Of a stretch of DNA of 64,000 bases, positions 46,641 through 57,077 are shown in pieces. The notes under the pieces were generated by a model. The model worked only from the letters and a program-made list of their open reading frames with translations, was not told where the DNA came from and searched no databases. The stretch is from Clostridia bacterium (lineage in GTDB: Bacteria > Bacillota > Clostridia > Oscillospirales > CAG-272): contig JAFTNU010000034.1 of NCBI GenBank assembly GCA_017451735.1, positions 3,519-67,518 on the forward strand. The letters run 5' to 3'. The stretch's first letter is position 1. Every line of letters starts with the position of its first letter. A program made the position numbers and the translations under genes.

Positions 46641-47150
46641 ATGCCACAGATCAATATCGTTTTACATGAACCCGAAATCCCCCAAAATACCGGCAACATT
46701 GCCAGGACCTGTGCCGCTACAGGGGCTTCTCTGCATCTCATACGCCCCATGGGATTTACCGTGGATGACAAAAAGCTCAAGCGCGCGGGGCTTGATTACT
46801 GGGATAAGCTGGATATCACCTATTATGACGGTCTCGAGGATTTTTACGCCAAAAATCCGAATGCCGAGATTTTTTATTTCACGACAAAGGGCAAGCAAAT
46901 GTACACAGAGGTTTCCTACCCTGAAAAGGTCTACATCATGTTCGGTAAGGAAAGCGCGGGACTGCCCGAAGAGCTCCTGTACAAGAACCCGGACCGTGCC
47001 GTACGCATCCCCATGCGTGAGCATCTGCGTAGCCTGAATCTGTCCAATTCCGTGGCCATCGCCGTTTTTGAGATTCTGCGTCAGTATGATTTTGAGGGAC
47101 TCTGCGGCGAGGGTACACTCACCAAGTACGACTGGAACGATGCGACATGA
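46641..47150 (+). CDS. trmL: tRNA (cytidine/uridine(34)-2'-O)-methyltransferase TrmL
   Basis: IVLHEPEIPQNTGNIARTCAATGASLHLI and MFGKESAGLP ... LNLSNSVAIAVFE. ATG 46641 follows GGAGGAA. Confidence 0.88.
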   Translation: MPQINIVLHEPEIPQNTGNIARTCAATGASLHLIRPMGFTVDDKKLKRAGLDYWDKLDITYYDGLEDFYAKNPNAEIFYFTTKGKQMYTEVSYPEKVYIMFGKESAGLPEELLYKNPDRAVRIPMREHLRSLNLSNSVAIAVFEILRQYDFEGLCGEGTLTKYDWNDAT

Positions 47151-48202
47151 GAGATAACAGCATTTTGATCGCTATGAGTGGCGGCGTGGATAGCGCCGTA
47201 GCTGCTCATCTGGCCGCACAGGGGCGTGAAGCCGCCGGTGTGACCATGCGCTTGGCTTCTGAAGGGATTGGAAGTGCCGAAGCCGCCCAAAGCGATATAA
47301 CGGGAGCGGCTGCCGTTTGTGATCTTTTGGGAATTCCCCATTACGTGGCCGAGCTTGGCGAAGCCTTTCGCCAAACCGTGGTAAAATATTTCATAGAAGC
47401 TTACGAGGGAGGGCTAACCCCCAACCCTTGCGTATTTTGCAATCGGGTCATAAAGTTCGGGGCTCTGCTTGATTTTGCCACCGACAAGGGCTACAGCAAG
47501 ATTGCCACCGGCCACTACGCACGCCTGGAAAGTAGCCCGTCCGGGCGGAGGCTTTTGAGACGTGCCGCAGATATCGGGAAGGATCAGACCTATGTGCTCT
47601 GGTCACTGACACAGGAAGCACTGACAAGAGCAGAATTCCCTTTGGGAGAGCTTTCCAAGGCCGAGGCCCGCGAGATCGCCGATTCCCTTAGCTTTCCCAT
47701 GGCACACAAAAAAGACAGCCAGGATATTTGCTTTGTCCCTGATGGCGATTATGCCGCATTTATTGCCCGCATCACCGGCAGAACGCCCGAGCCCGGTGAT
47801 TACATTTCCCGGGAGGGCGCGGTGCTGGGGCGGCATAAGGGGCAGCTGCACTATACCATCGGTCAGCGAAAGGGACTGGGCATCGCCCTTGGGAAACCGG
47901 CCTTTGTTACCGCAAAATCGGCCATAAACAATACGGTAACCTTGGGAGAAAATGCCGATCTCTTTACCACCCGCCTGATCGCCAAAAATCCGAATCTGAT
48001 CCCTTTTGATAAGCTGGATTCCCCCATGCGCCTGCTTGCCAAGGTGCGCTACCGCCAGGAGGCATCCCCCGCCCGCGTCGAGCAGACCGGAGATAACACC
48101 CTGATCGTCGAATTCGAAGCACCCCAACGCGCCATTTGCCCCGGGCAATCTCTGGTGCTTTATGAGGATGATTATGTGGTTGGTGGCGGCATCATTTGTT
48201 GA
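47147..48202 (+). CDS. mnmA: tRNA 2-thiouridine(34) synthase MnmA
   Basis: PP-loop AMSGGVDSAVAA, NPCVFCN and IATGHYAR. ATGA overlap with trmL. Confidence 0.93.
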   Translation: MRDNSILIAMSGGVDSAVAAHLAAQGREAAGVTMRLASEGIGSAEAAQSDITGAAAVCDLLGIPHYVAELGEAFRQTVVKYFIEAYEGGLTPNPCVFCNRVIKFGALLDFATDKGYSKIATGHYARLESSPSGRRLLRRAADIGKDQTYVLWSLTQEALTRAEFPLGELSKAEAREIADSLSFPMAHKKDSQDICFVPDGDYAAFIARITGRTPEPGDYISREGAVLGRHKGQLHYTIGQRKGLGIALGKPAFVTAKSAINNTVTLGENADLFTTRLIAKNPNLIPFDKLDSPMRLLAKVRYRQEASPARVEQTGDNTLIVEFEAPQRAICPGQSLVLYEDDYVVGGGIIC

Positions 48203-48228
48203 ATTTTAATTTAGAGGAGATAAGAAGT

Positions 48229-48432
48229 ATGAAAATTTTAACGGCCTTGAAGATTCTGTTTTTGATCGGTTGTCTTTCCATCGTGCTGGGTGATGCCTTC
48301 ATTCTGGTCAACTTTTTTGCCGGGAGTCTGATCCCGCCGGTTTTGATCGTTGTCTTGGTCAGTGTCGGTTTGGCAGGCATCATCAGCGGCATTGTTTGGT
48401 ACACAAAAAAAGAAAAGCAACTCAAAAAGTAA
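48229..48432 (+). CDS. Small two-TM membrane protein (67 aa)
   Basis: ATG 48229 lies 8 nt after AGAGGAG. MKILTALKILFLIGCLSIVLG ... a second TM segment ... KKEKQLKK. A terminator follows directly. Confidence 0.5.
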   Translation: MKILTALKILFLIGCLSIVLGDAFILVNFFAGSLIPPVLIVVLVSVGLAGIISGIVWYTKKEKQLKK

Positions 48433-48453
48433 AACAGCACTTGATGCAAAACT

Positions 48454-48482
48454 GCCCCGCGCCATTCGGCGCGGGGCTTTTT
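48454..48482 (+). terminator. Intrinsic terminator
   Basis: GCCCCGCGCC - ATTC - GGCGCGGGGC followed by TTTTT. Confidence 0.8.
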
Positions 48483-48498
48483 GTCAGGTCCGCAGCTG

Positions 48499-50883
48499 TT
48501 ATGAGATCTTCAAGCGTCTTTGCCAAAATGCTTCCAATCCCGTATGAGTCGGGCAGATGCGATTGTATGGGACAACATCCATGCCTATACCGAAATTCTG
48601 CTTTGTTTTATAGTTAACGGCATAATATGGCTCATTGTTTGTTAAACAACGTTCTTTTTCAACAACCGTTCCACCGTAGGTGTACGGTGCATCCAGCACC
48701 TTGACCTGCCGTGGAAAATGGCGGGAAATTCGCAAAAGTGCCGTGGTATGGCAACCCTCCTCGGGGCAATCCCGAGAGGCGATCCCCCCATGCTCGCAAT
48801 AAGAAATGCACACATGGCAGTCGCACCTTTCAGTTGGCTCGGTTCCCTTTTTGAAATACCCTACCTCAGAACGGTCTCCACGGGGATCGTATCTGCAAGC
48901 CTCCCCGAGCAATTTACCCGAATCCTTGCAGTAGCGCACCGCAACCAGATGATCTGATGTGTCAAATTGCCGCTGCTTCACGGTTCGAACAGAAACCGCC
49001 TTGTGCATGATTTCATCAAAAATCGTCAGTGCGGGGTTCCCCTTCACGTCCGAGAGACTGTCGGGATATTCATATCCGTACCACACACCCGCCAGAAGCT
49101 CGGGCGTATAACCAATGAACCATTTATCGCAGCTGTTACCGGAGGTACCCGTTTTGCCTGCCACATCTACCTTGTCCTTTAAAGTCAGTGCCTTGGCCGT
49201 GCCGTTGACCGTTACCTGCCGCAAAAGCATCGTCATGATCGCGGCGTTATCGGCATCCAGTACCCGACGCGCGGCACTCTCGCGCTCCAGAAGCACACGA
49301 TCCCGATTATCCACCACCCGCACATAGCTGCGAGTCCCTTCGTAAACGCCGCCGTTGGCAAGAGCGGTATAGCCGCCCACCAGCTCCGAGAGCGACACGC
49401 CTTCGTTCTGTTGCCCCAGAGCCAGAGCCGCCGTACCCGTATCCTTGACGGCATCCAGAGACCGAAAGCCCAGATCCTTTGTGAGAAATCGGTAAGACGC
49501 GTCTGTGCCCATCCGTTCCAAAACCGATACACTGACGGTATTGATCGAATAGGTCAAAGCCGCATTGATATTGGTCAATCCCCGATAGACATTAGGCGAA
49601 TTCCGCGGCCAGGGCGCACCGTTGCTGCGAAATTGCTTGGGCACATCGTCAAAAACAGTTGCATAGGTGATCAACCCCTTTTGAAGAGCGGGAGCGAAAA
49701 CCGAAAGGGGCTTGATGACTGATCCTGAGGGACGCTTGGTGTCCGTGGCGTAGTTCTGAATGCGGTTACCCTTCTTCTCCCCCACGGCACCGGCTACGGC
49801 CAGGATATTCCCGTTTTTGGGATCGACGATCATCATGGCACTCTGTGCCTTTTTCCCGTCCTCGTGGGTAGGAAAGTTATCGGCGTCGGCATAATACTGC
49901 TCCACCGCCTCCTGCAACCGAGGATCCACGGTAGTATAGATCTTCAACCCGCCACAGTAGACCAATCGACCGGCCGCCGCTTCGGTCATTCCCCTTTCAC
50001 TGACCAATGCCCCGATCACATCGCTCACCACAAGATCGGCAAACCAGGAATTGACTCTCCCCGACATGGTATCCCGATTGACCTTTAAAACCACTTCTCT
50101 GGCAGTTGCTTCCCGATATTTCTCCTCATCGATCATACCCTGACGGTACATTTCACCGAGAATCACATCCCGACGCTCCTTGTTTGCCTCGGGATGTCGG
50201 ATGGGATCATAGCGTGCCGGATTGTTGGTAATAGCCGCGATGGTGGCCGCTTCTTCCAACGTCAGCTCGCTCGGTTCTTTGGAAAAATAAGCGTTCGCCG
50301 CCGTGCGTATCCCGTAACAGTTCTCGGAAAGGTTGACTACGTTGAGATACTGCTCCAGGATCTGTGCCTTTGACAGTTCTTTTTCCAATTTTGCCGCGCG
50401 GATCAGCTCTGCCACCTTACGGCGTATACTGCGTTCGCTATCCCCTGTCAGATTCTTGATCAATTGTTGGGTGATGGTGGATCCCCCAAAATGGCCTTCT
50501 CCACCTCTCAGATAATCCCGCACGGCCGAACAGGTGCGTATCCAGTCGATACCTCCGTGCTCCAAAAATCGTTTGTCTTCGATGGCGATGAATGCATTTC
50601 TCAGATCCGCCGTGGTTTCTTCCAGTGGGCAGTAAAGCGCATTCTCATAACCGCTGATGCGGTCTGCAGACAGCTCTGTTACCTCACCTTTTTCATCATA
50701 ATAATAAAGCCTTGTGGTTCTGTCGGCCACTGCGGTAAAAAACAGCTCTTCGTCAAGCTCGGTATCCAATGCCGTTCCGGCCCAGATACCGCCCACGATC
50801 ACCCCCAAGGAAGCAAGGATCAGAAAGGAGAGCGTAGAGGAAAGAAAAAAGGTGGTGATACCCCTTGTGATTTTTTTGAACAT
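48499..50883 (-). CDS. Class A penicillin-binding protein (transglycosylase/transpeptidase) with a Cys-rich C-terminal extension
   Basis: GT51 motifs EDKRFLEHGGID and GGSTITQQL; transpeptidase SGSVIKP, SIN and KTGT. ATG 50883 (MFKKITRG plus a TM segment) follows GGGGGTG. Confidence 0.9.
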   Translation of the reverse strand: MFKKITRGITTFFLSSTLSFLILASLGVIVGGIWAGTALDTELDEELFFTAVADRTTRLYYYDEKGEVTELSADRISGYENALYCPLEETTADLRNAFIAIEDKRFLEHGGIDWIRTCSAVRDYLRGGEGHFGGSTITQQLIKNLTGDSERSIRRKVAELIRAAKLEKELSKAQILEQYLNVVNLSENCYGIRTAANAYFSKEPSELTLEEAATIAAITNNPARYDPIRHPEANKERRDVILGEMYRQGMIDEEKYREATAREVVLKVNRDTMSGRVNSWFADLVVSDVIGALVSERGMTEAAAGRLVYCGGLKIYTTVDPRLQEAVEQYYADADNFPTHEDGKKAQSAMMIVDPKNGNILAVAGAVGEKKGNRIQNYATDTKRPSGSVIKPLSVFAPALQKGLITYATVFDDVPKQFRSNGAPWPRNSPNVYRGLTNINAALTYSINTVSVSVLERMGTDASYRFLTKDLGFRSLDAVKDTGTAALALGQQNEGVSLSELVGGYTALANGGVYEGTRSYVRVVDNRDRVLLERESAARRVLDADNAAIMTMLLRQVTVNGTAKALTLKDKVDVAGKTGTSGNSCDKWFIGYTPELLAGVWYGYEYPDSLSDVKGNPALTIFDEIMHKAVSVRTVKQRQFDTSDHLVAVRYCKDSGKLLGEACRYDPRGDRSEVGYFKKGTEPTERCDCHVCISYCEHGGIASRDCPEEGCHTTALLRISRHFPRQVKVLDAPYTYGGTVVEKERCLTNNEPYYAVNYKTKQNFGIGMDVVPYNRICPTHTGLEAFWQRRLKIS

Positions 50884-50960
50884 AAAAACACCCCCGCTCG
50901 GTCGTAGTGTACGACAAAGCAGAGGTGTCGATTCCTGTGGATACATGGGAAAAGTACGCT

Positions 50961-53900
50961 TTATTTCAATACCACGTTTTCTTTGCCGAGAATGGAAATC
51001 AATTCGCGCAGTGTGTACTCGGTACAATCGAATCCCATGGACAGCTTCTGATAGGCGGCATTGGAAGCGTCATAAACCGAAACAGGCAGGCTACCATCAA
51101 AAATTTCAAGAATGTTCAGCGCTTTTTTCCATTTTTTATCCTCAAGAGACGGGACGCGCAGATAAAGGATACGAGCATTGGCAATCTGCGGCAAGGCTGT
51201 GGTAGGTTCGGACCGTTTGACGGCGGGTCGGATCGGTTGAGACACGTTTTTTCGTGCCTCGGCCTCGGGCATGACCCGAGGAGGGGCGTGATCGTCAAGC
51301 AAGGGCTCCAGTGCGGAGACCAGAATTTTGGGGCGCTCCTCCTCCCGTACCGAAAGATTACCCTCTACCCGCAAAACGGCATCGGTATGCAGAAAATGAG
51401 AAAATCGGGCGTAGATATTCGGAAAAGCCAGACATTCGATCTCGCCGCACCGATCTTCCAGAGTGAAGAACGCCATGCGTTCCTCTTTTTTTGTTGTTTT
51501 CCCCGTCAGTGCAGTGACGATTCCCGCTACGGTGACCCGTGCACGGTCTGCCAGGAGATATTCCCCCTCGCCATCGGTCTCGCAGAGCTCCTTGATGCTC
51601 ATAATGCCGGGATCGGACAGGGCCTTGGAAAATCCATCCAGCATATGTCCGGAAAAATACATCCCCGCCGCTTCCTTTTCCTGGGCCAGGAGCTCGTTCA
51701 GCTTAAATTCCTGTAGCTTAGGATATTCGATCTCGGGGCGCTCGGTCCCCACCTGAGAAAACATATCCAACTGTCCTGTCAGATTGGAGCGGTTTTTGCT
51801 CTGCAAGCGATCGATCATGGGCTCATACACCGCCATCAGCTGACTGCGATAAAGGCCAAGATGGTCAAAGGCTCCCGCTTTGATCAGGGATTCGATCTGA
51901 CGTTTGTTCAGATCGCTTGAAGAAAGACGATCGAGAAAGTCATCAAAGGAGCGATAAGGCCCGTTTCTCTGCCGCTCGGACACCAGAGCATCCAGAAAGG
52001 TCCTGCCCACGTTTTTCAGAGCCAGAAGTCCAAATCGAATATGATCGCCACTCACGTGAAAGACCACATTGGATTCATTCACATCGGGCGGCAGAACACG
52101 GATGCCCCTCTTACCCGCTTCGGCGATATATTCGGCGATCTTGGGCATATTCCCCAGCTCAGAGGTCAGCAGTGCGGCAAAATAAGCCTTGGGGTAATGG
52201 GTCTTGAGATAGGCCGTGCGGTAGGAGATCACCGCATAGGCGGCGGCATGGCTTTTGTTGAAGGCGTAGTGGGCAAAGTCGGTCATATCGTCAAAGATCG
52301 CTTCTGCCACATCGGCGGCAATATTGTTTTTGGCACAGCCCTCCAGAAAGGCACCCTTCTCTGCCTCCATGACCCCCGCCTTCTTTTTGGACATGGCACG
52401 TCGCACCACATCGGCGTGACCAAAGGAGTATCCCGCCAACTTGCGGAATATCTGCATAACCTGCTCCTGATAGACCACACAACCGTAAGTGGAGCGCAGG
52501 ATGGGCTCGAGTACCGGCGTGCGATAGACGATCTGATCCGGATTTTTACGGTTTTCAATGAACTGCGGAATTGAATCCATGGGCCCGGGACGATACAGTG
52601 CGATGGCGGCGACAATATCGTCAAAGCGGGAGGGAGAAAGATTCATCAGCATCTGTCGCATCCCTCCCGACTCCAGCTGAAACACGCCTGAGGTGGCGCC
52701 GCGGGAGATCAGCTTATATGTCTTTTCGTCATCCAGGGGAATCTTTTCAATATCGAAATCAGGATCGCTCTCGTTGATCTGCATGACCGCATCGTTGATA
52801 ATGGTCAGATAACGCAACCCCAAAAAATCAAACTTCAAAAGCCCCAATTCCGCGATGGTATCCATATCGTATTGGGTAACCACTACCCCATTGCTGGAGG
52901 ATAGGGGGACATATTCCGAAAGCGGCTTTTCGGTGATCACCACGCCAGCCGCATGAATGGAAATATTGCGGGGCATCCCCTCCAGGGCCATGGCCAGGTC
53001 CACCAGCTTTTTGACCTCGGGTCTGTTATACAAGGCTTTCAGATCCGGAAGCTTCAGTGCATCGGCAATGGTGATGCCCAGTTCCCGCGGAATAGCCTTG
53101 GCCACCACATCCACATCACCGTAAGACATCCCCAGAGCCCGTCCAACATCACGGATGGCGGCGCGCGCCGCCAAAGTACCGAAGGTAACAATCTGCGAGA
53201 CATGTTCCTTGCCGTAGCGCTCCCCCACATATCGGATGACCTCATCCCGACGGTTATAGCAGAAATCCACATCGATATCGGGCATGCTGACACGTTCGGG
53301 GTTCAGAAAGCGCTCGAACAGCAGATCAAAACGGATGGAATCCACATCGGTGATGCCCAGAAAATAGGCCACAATACTGCCCGCGCCGGAGCCACGCCCG
53401 GGGCCAACGGGAATTTTTTTTGATTTGGCAAAATTCACATAGTCCTGCACGATAAGAAAATAATCGGCATATCCCATGGAATGAATTACAGAGAGCTCAT
53501 ACTCCATACGGGTCCGGTATTCCTCTCTGCTATGCGCGGCAAAATCGATCAGTCCGGCTGCGATCCGCGCCTCAAATCCCTTGTGCGCCAGCTGTGACAA
53601 ATAATCAAAAGAGGTCATTCCCGCAGGACACGGAAATTTAGGCAGATAAGTGTGAGAAAAATCAAAATCGAACCGACAACGCTCGGCGATCTTCACCGTG
53701 TTCTCCAATGCCCCTTCATATTTGCCGAACATCATACGCATTTCATTGCTGTCTTTGTAATAAAACTCGTCTGTCTCAAAACCGATGGGGCGACCGTCTG
53801 CCAATTGACTGTTGGTCTGAATACACATCAGTACCGCTTGGGTCTGCGCATCGGTGCGGCGCAGATAATGACAATCATTTGTGGCCACCATAGGTAATGC

Positions 53901-54488
53901 GCACTCTATTGCCAGCTTGTGAAGCATGGGCAGGATCTGCTTTTGTTCGGGAAGGCCGTGATCCTGCAATTCAATATAAAAGTGATCTTGCCCAAAAATT
54001 TCGGAAAGCTCTTTTGCTGCCCGACAGGCCTCGGCATAGTCCCCGCGCACCAGGAGCTGTGGAATGCGTCCCGCAAGGCAGGCGGAGAGAGCGATCAGCC
54101 CCTTTGAATGGGTACGAAGCAATTCCATATCCACGCGGGGCTTGGAGTAAAAGCCTTCGATAAAGGAGAGAGATACCATCTCGATGAGGTTCCGATAGCC
54201 AATCTCGCTTTCGCACAACAAAACCAGGTGGTAAGGATGGGCATCGGCGCTTGTTTTGTCAAAGCGCGTTCTGGGCGCCACATAGACCTCGCAACCGATG
54301 ATGGGCTTGATTCCCTCAGCACGACAGGCGCGATAAAAGGCCACGGCACCATACATCACGCCGTGATCGGTCAGAGCCACAGCATCATGCCCGCATTCCC
54401 TGGCACGCTTGGGGATCTCGCTTACGCGACAGGCACCGTCAAGCAGACTGTATTCACTGTGGAGATGCAAATGGACAAAATCGGCCAT
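50961..54488 (-). CDS. dnaE: DNA polymerase III subunit alpha (DnaE type)
   Basis: PHP domain start FVHLHLHSEYSLLDGA, PDIDVDF, and 1175 aa. ATG 54488 follows GGAGGGAAGG. Confidence 0.93.
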   Translation of the reverse strand: MADFVHLHLHSEYSLLDGACRVSEIPKRARECGHDAVALTDHGVMYGAVAFYRACRAEGIKPIIGCEVYVAPRTRFDKTSADAHPYHLVLLCESEIGYRNLIEMVSLSFIEGFYSKPRVDMELLRTHSKGLIALSACLAGRIPQLLVRGDYAEACRAAKELSEIFGQDHFYIELQDHGLPEQKQILPMLHKLAIECALPMVATNDCHYLRRTDAQTQAVLMCIQTNSQLADGRPIGFETDEFYYKDSNEMRMMFGKYEGALENTVKIAERCRFDFDFSHTYLPKFPCPAGMTSFDYLSQLAHKGFEARIAAGLIDFAAHSREEYRTRMEYELSVIHSMGYADYFLIVQDYVNFAKSKKIPVGPGRGSGAGSIVAYFLGITDVDSIRFDLLFERFLNPERVSMPDIDVDFCYNRRDEVIRYVGERYGKEHVSQIVTFGTLAARAAIRDVGRALGMSYGDVDVVAKAIPRELGITIADALKLPDLKALYNRPEVKKLVDLAMALEGMPRNISIHAAGVVITEKPLSEYVPLSSSNGVVVTQYDMDTIAELGLLKFDFLGLRYLTIINDAVMQINESDPDFDIEKIPLDDEKTYKLISRGATSGVFQLESGGMRQMLMNLSPSRFDDIVAAIALYRPGPMDSIPQFIENRKNPDQIVYRTPVLEPILRSTYGCVVYQEQVMQIFRKLAGYSFGHADVVRRAMSKKKAGVMEAEKGAFLEGCAKNNIAADVAEAIFDDMTDFAHYAFNKSHAAAYAVISYRTAYLKTHYPKAYFAALLTSELGNMPKIAEYIAEAGKRGIRVLPPDVNESNVVFHVSGDHIRFGLLALKNVGRTFLDALVSERQRNGPYRSFDDFLDRLSSSDLNKRQIESLIKAGAFDHLGLYRSQLMAVYEPMIDRLQSKNRSNLTGQLDMFSQVGTERPEIEYPKLQEFKLNELLAQEKEAAGMYFSGHMLDGFSKALSDPGIMSIKELCETDGEGEYLLADRARVTVAGIVTALTGKTTKKEERMAFFTLEDRCGEIECLAFPNIYARFSHFLHTDAVLRVEGNLSVREEERPKILVSALEPLLDDHAPPRVMPEAEARKNVSQPIRPAVKRSEPTTALPQIANARILYLRVPSLEDKKWKKALNILEIFDGSLPVSVYDASNAAYQKLSMGFDCTEYTLRELISILGKENVVLK

Positions 54489-54516
54489 ATCCTTCCCTCC
54501 TTTTTGATCTTCCTTT

Positions 54517-55356
54517 TTATGTTTCAAGCGTATCAGCAAAAGCCATGATTCGCTGTAAGCGATGATTGAGCCCCGATTTGGTAATGGGCGGGTTATGCAA
54601 TTGCGCCAGCTCGGCAAGTGATGCATCGGGGTTCTCTACACGCAACAACGCAGTCTCGCGCAATTCGGGTAGTAATCCGTCAAAACGGGATGCTTGCCGG
54701 ATCTTCTCAATAGCCAAGCAACAGCGGCGGGAAGCATCCACCGCCTTACCGATATTTCGGGTCACGCAATTGGTGGCGCGATTTTCCTCGTTACGGATAT
54801 CACGGGCGATCTTCGCGTTGATCAGTGCAAAAAGCGCGTTATTGGCACCCACGGTACTGAGGATCTCCTCGATGATCGCGTTTTTCTTAAAATAAAGCCC
54901 CACCCCTCCCTCAATATTTCGGCATTTGGGAGTCCAGCCCATTTCGGTCAGAAAATCGGCCAGAATGGGGATCTTTTCGGGATTTGCCAGGCGAAATTCC
55001 ATGTGATAGGCCTTTTCGGGATCGGTTACCGAGCCGCAGGCGATCAGCACTCCACGCAAAAAATGTGTGCGACACTGGGGGCAGGAAAAGACGGGAGGCG
55101 CTTTATAGGCGGCATAGAGCTTCTCCGAGGCAAAAAGCATGACCGAGCCGTTGAGCAGCGCCTCGCGACGATACTGCTCCCGATAGGCCTTTGCGCATTC
55201 CCTGCGCGCCGCTGCCGATGAGATCACCAACACAAGGCAGTTTTCCCGCATTTCCCGCAGATCAAACAAAAGTCCTGCGGTATAGGCGCGCTTACAGCAG
55301 GCGTTATGCGGCGCCCCCTCTATCAGTTCATTTTTTAATAAAAGCGAGTAATTCAT
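54517..55356 (-). CDS. whiA: DNA-binding protein WhiA
   Basis: N-terminal KNELIEGAPHNACCKRAYTAGLL, degenerate LAGLIDADG-like halves, and a C-terminal HTH (SLAELAQLHNPPITKSGLNHRLQRI). Confidence 0.9.
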   Translation of the reverse strand: MNYSLLLKNELIEGAPHNACCKRAYTAGLLFDLREMRENCLVLVISSAAARRECAKAYREQYRREALLNGSVMLFASEKLYAAYKAPPVFSCPQCRTHFLRGVLIACGSVTDPEKAYHMEFRLANPEKIPILADFLTEMGWTPKCRNIEGGVGLYFKKNAIIEEILSTVGANNALFALINAKIARDIRNEENRATNCVTRNIGKAVDASRRCCLAIEKIRQASRFDGLLPELRETALLRVENPDASLAELAQLHNPPITKSGLNHRLQRIMAFADTLET

Positions 55357-55358
55357 GA

Positions 55359-56270
55359 TCAGTCGGGGATAAACCGTATCTCGGGGATCGGTCTGAATCC
55401 TCTCTCTCTTTCTACCGTATTTTGGATATCCCGGATCAGCGCTCGTACATCCCGTGCCGTGGCACCGCCTTTGTTGACAATAAAGCCCGCGTGCTTTTCG
55501 GACACCTGCGCGCCGCCCACGCTTGTTCCTTTAAATCCCAGCTCATCGATGATCTTCGCCACGGAGATCTCGGGGGACGGTCGTTGGAAGACACTGCCGG
55601 CGCTGGGTAAATGCAACGGCTGATGCACACGTCTCCATTGGGAAAGCGTACGTATTTCGGCCTTGATCATATCGAGATCACACGAAGGAATCAGCTGTAA
55701 GGTGGCGCCGATTATCACGCTATCTTCGCTTTGAAATATGCTGTTACGATAAGAATAGCTCAATTCTTTATTAAACACAGTCCTGATCTGGCCACAGTCC
55801 GGATAGAGCACCTCAACGCTTTCCACCACGTCCCCCATCGCCCTTCCGTGGGCACCCGCATTCATATAAACAGCGCCACCAAGGGTCCCGGGGATGCCTG
55901 CCGCAAACGAAAAACCACCAAGACCTGCCCATGCCGCACGGGCGGCGATAGTCGCGAGAGATGCACCGCAAAGGGCAAAAATACGTCCGTTTTCCAATAT
56001 TCTGATGGCATCCAAAGCACCCGTGCGAATCAGAACAACCGAAATCTCATCATCTCCGAACAGAATATTACTTCCTTTCCCGATGACGGCATAGGGCATT
56101 TCTGAGTGATGACAGATCAAAACCGCATTGATCAGCTCGCCCGCGCAACGAGGCTCGATGACAAAATGCACCCTTCCGCCGATGCGAAAGGTCGAAAGTC
56201 CGGCTGCAGACAGATCCCTTTGATATGGCAGATCCCGTTCTTTTAAAACGTCCTCAAAGCCCCCGATCAT
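55359..56270 (-). CDS. murB: UDP-N-acetylenolpyruvoylglucosamine reductase
   Basis: TFRIGGRV, GKGSNILF, GIPGTLGGAVYMNAGA and SAGSVFQRP motifs. Confidence 0.92.
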   Translation of the reverse strand: MIGGFEDVLKERDLPYQRDLSAAGLSTFRIGGRVHFVIEPRCAGELINAVLICHHSEMPYAVIGKGSNILFGDDEISVVLIRTGALDAIRILENGRIFALCGASLATIAARAAWAGLGGFSFAAGIPGTLGGAVYMNAGAHGRAMGDVVESVEVLYPDCGQIRTVFNKELSYSYRNSIFQSEDSVIIGATLQLIPSCDLDMIKAEIRTLSQWRRVHQPLHLPSAGSVFQRPSPEISVAKIIDELGFKGTSVGGAQVSEKHAGFIVNKGGATARDVRALIRDIQNTVERERGFRPIPEIRFIPD

Positions 56271-56968
56271 CGACCGAGAACCAGAGGAATCACGTCCTCC
56301 AGCTTCTCGATAATGTAGGTGATGGGCATATCGGCGGGCTTGGGTTTATCCGACGGATTGAGCCAACAGGTATCAAGCCCCACGGCAATTCCTCCCGCCA
56401 TGTCGGAAGTAAGAGAGTCCCCTACTACAAGAGTTGTACGGGGATCAAAATCCGGAATGCGGGCAAATACTCTTTTGAAAAACTCCGGGCTTGGCTTTTC
56501 TGCCCCCAACTCATCGGAAATAAAGGTATCGAGAAACAGGGGACGCAGGGGGGATGGATCAAAACGCCCGTGTTGTACAGCGGCTATACCGTTGGTAATA
56601 ATATAAAGCCGACAGTACTCGGCCAAGGTACGACAGACCTCTAATGCACCATCCATCAAAAAGCTTTGGGTGGCCAGCGAGTCAAGATACCGATCAGCCA
56701 AAAGCGGCACATCCAAGGAAAGGCCGTAAGCCTGACAGAACGACCGGAAACGGACAGTGCGCAATTGATTTTTGGTGATCTCTCCCCGCTCCAGCTTTTT
56801 CCATGTGGCACTGTTGATCTCACTGTATCCGCAGATCATGTCCTCGCTCGGCGTCACACCCATCGAGGCCAGTGCGTCGATCAATGCCGCACGCTCCGAT
56901 CTTTTAAAATCCAAAAGAGTCTGATCCGCGTCAAAAAGCACGGTGGAATAACGAGCCAAACCAAACAC
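56267..56968 (-). CDS. HAD-IA hydrolase, YjjG-like nucleotidase family
   Basis: VLFDADQTLLDF (DxDxT), ITNG and VGDSLTSDMAGG. Confidence 0.8.
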   Translation of the reverse strand: MFGLARYSTVLFDADQTLLDFKRSERAALIDALASMGVTPSEDMICGYSEINSATWKKLERGEITKNQLRTVRFRSFCQAYGLSLDVPLLADRYLDSLATQSFLMDGALEVCRTLAEYCRLYIITNGIAAVQHGRFDPSPLRPLFLDTFISDELGAEKPSPEFFKRVFARIPDFDPRTTLVVGDSLTSDMAGGIAVGLDTCWLNPSDKPKPADMPITYIIEKLEDVIPLVLGR

Positions 56969-57077
56969 CCGCCTTTCTTCTTACATCATCTACACTTATT
57001 ATAGCCGATTCGGAGCCGAATTTCAACCGTTATCGGATTTTTTGCCGCAGATATTGGAAAAAGCCCCGTATTTTCTC

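Noticed and set aside
50884-51027. N-terminal extensions in the ORF track: the PBP from 51027 (overlapping dnaE), dnaE from 54626, secA from 46505, purA from 20481, trmL from 46563 and the CNNM gene from 16860.
   Set aside because: Internal starts with proper RBS spacing give N-termini matching the family-typical starts and remove the gene overlaps.
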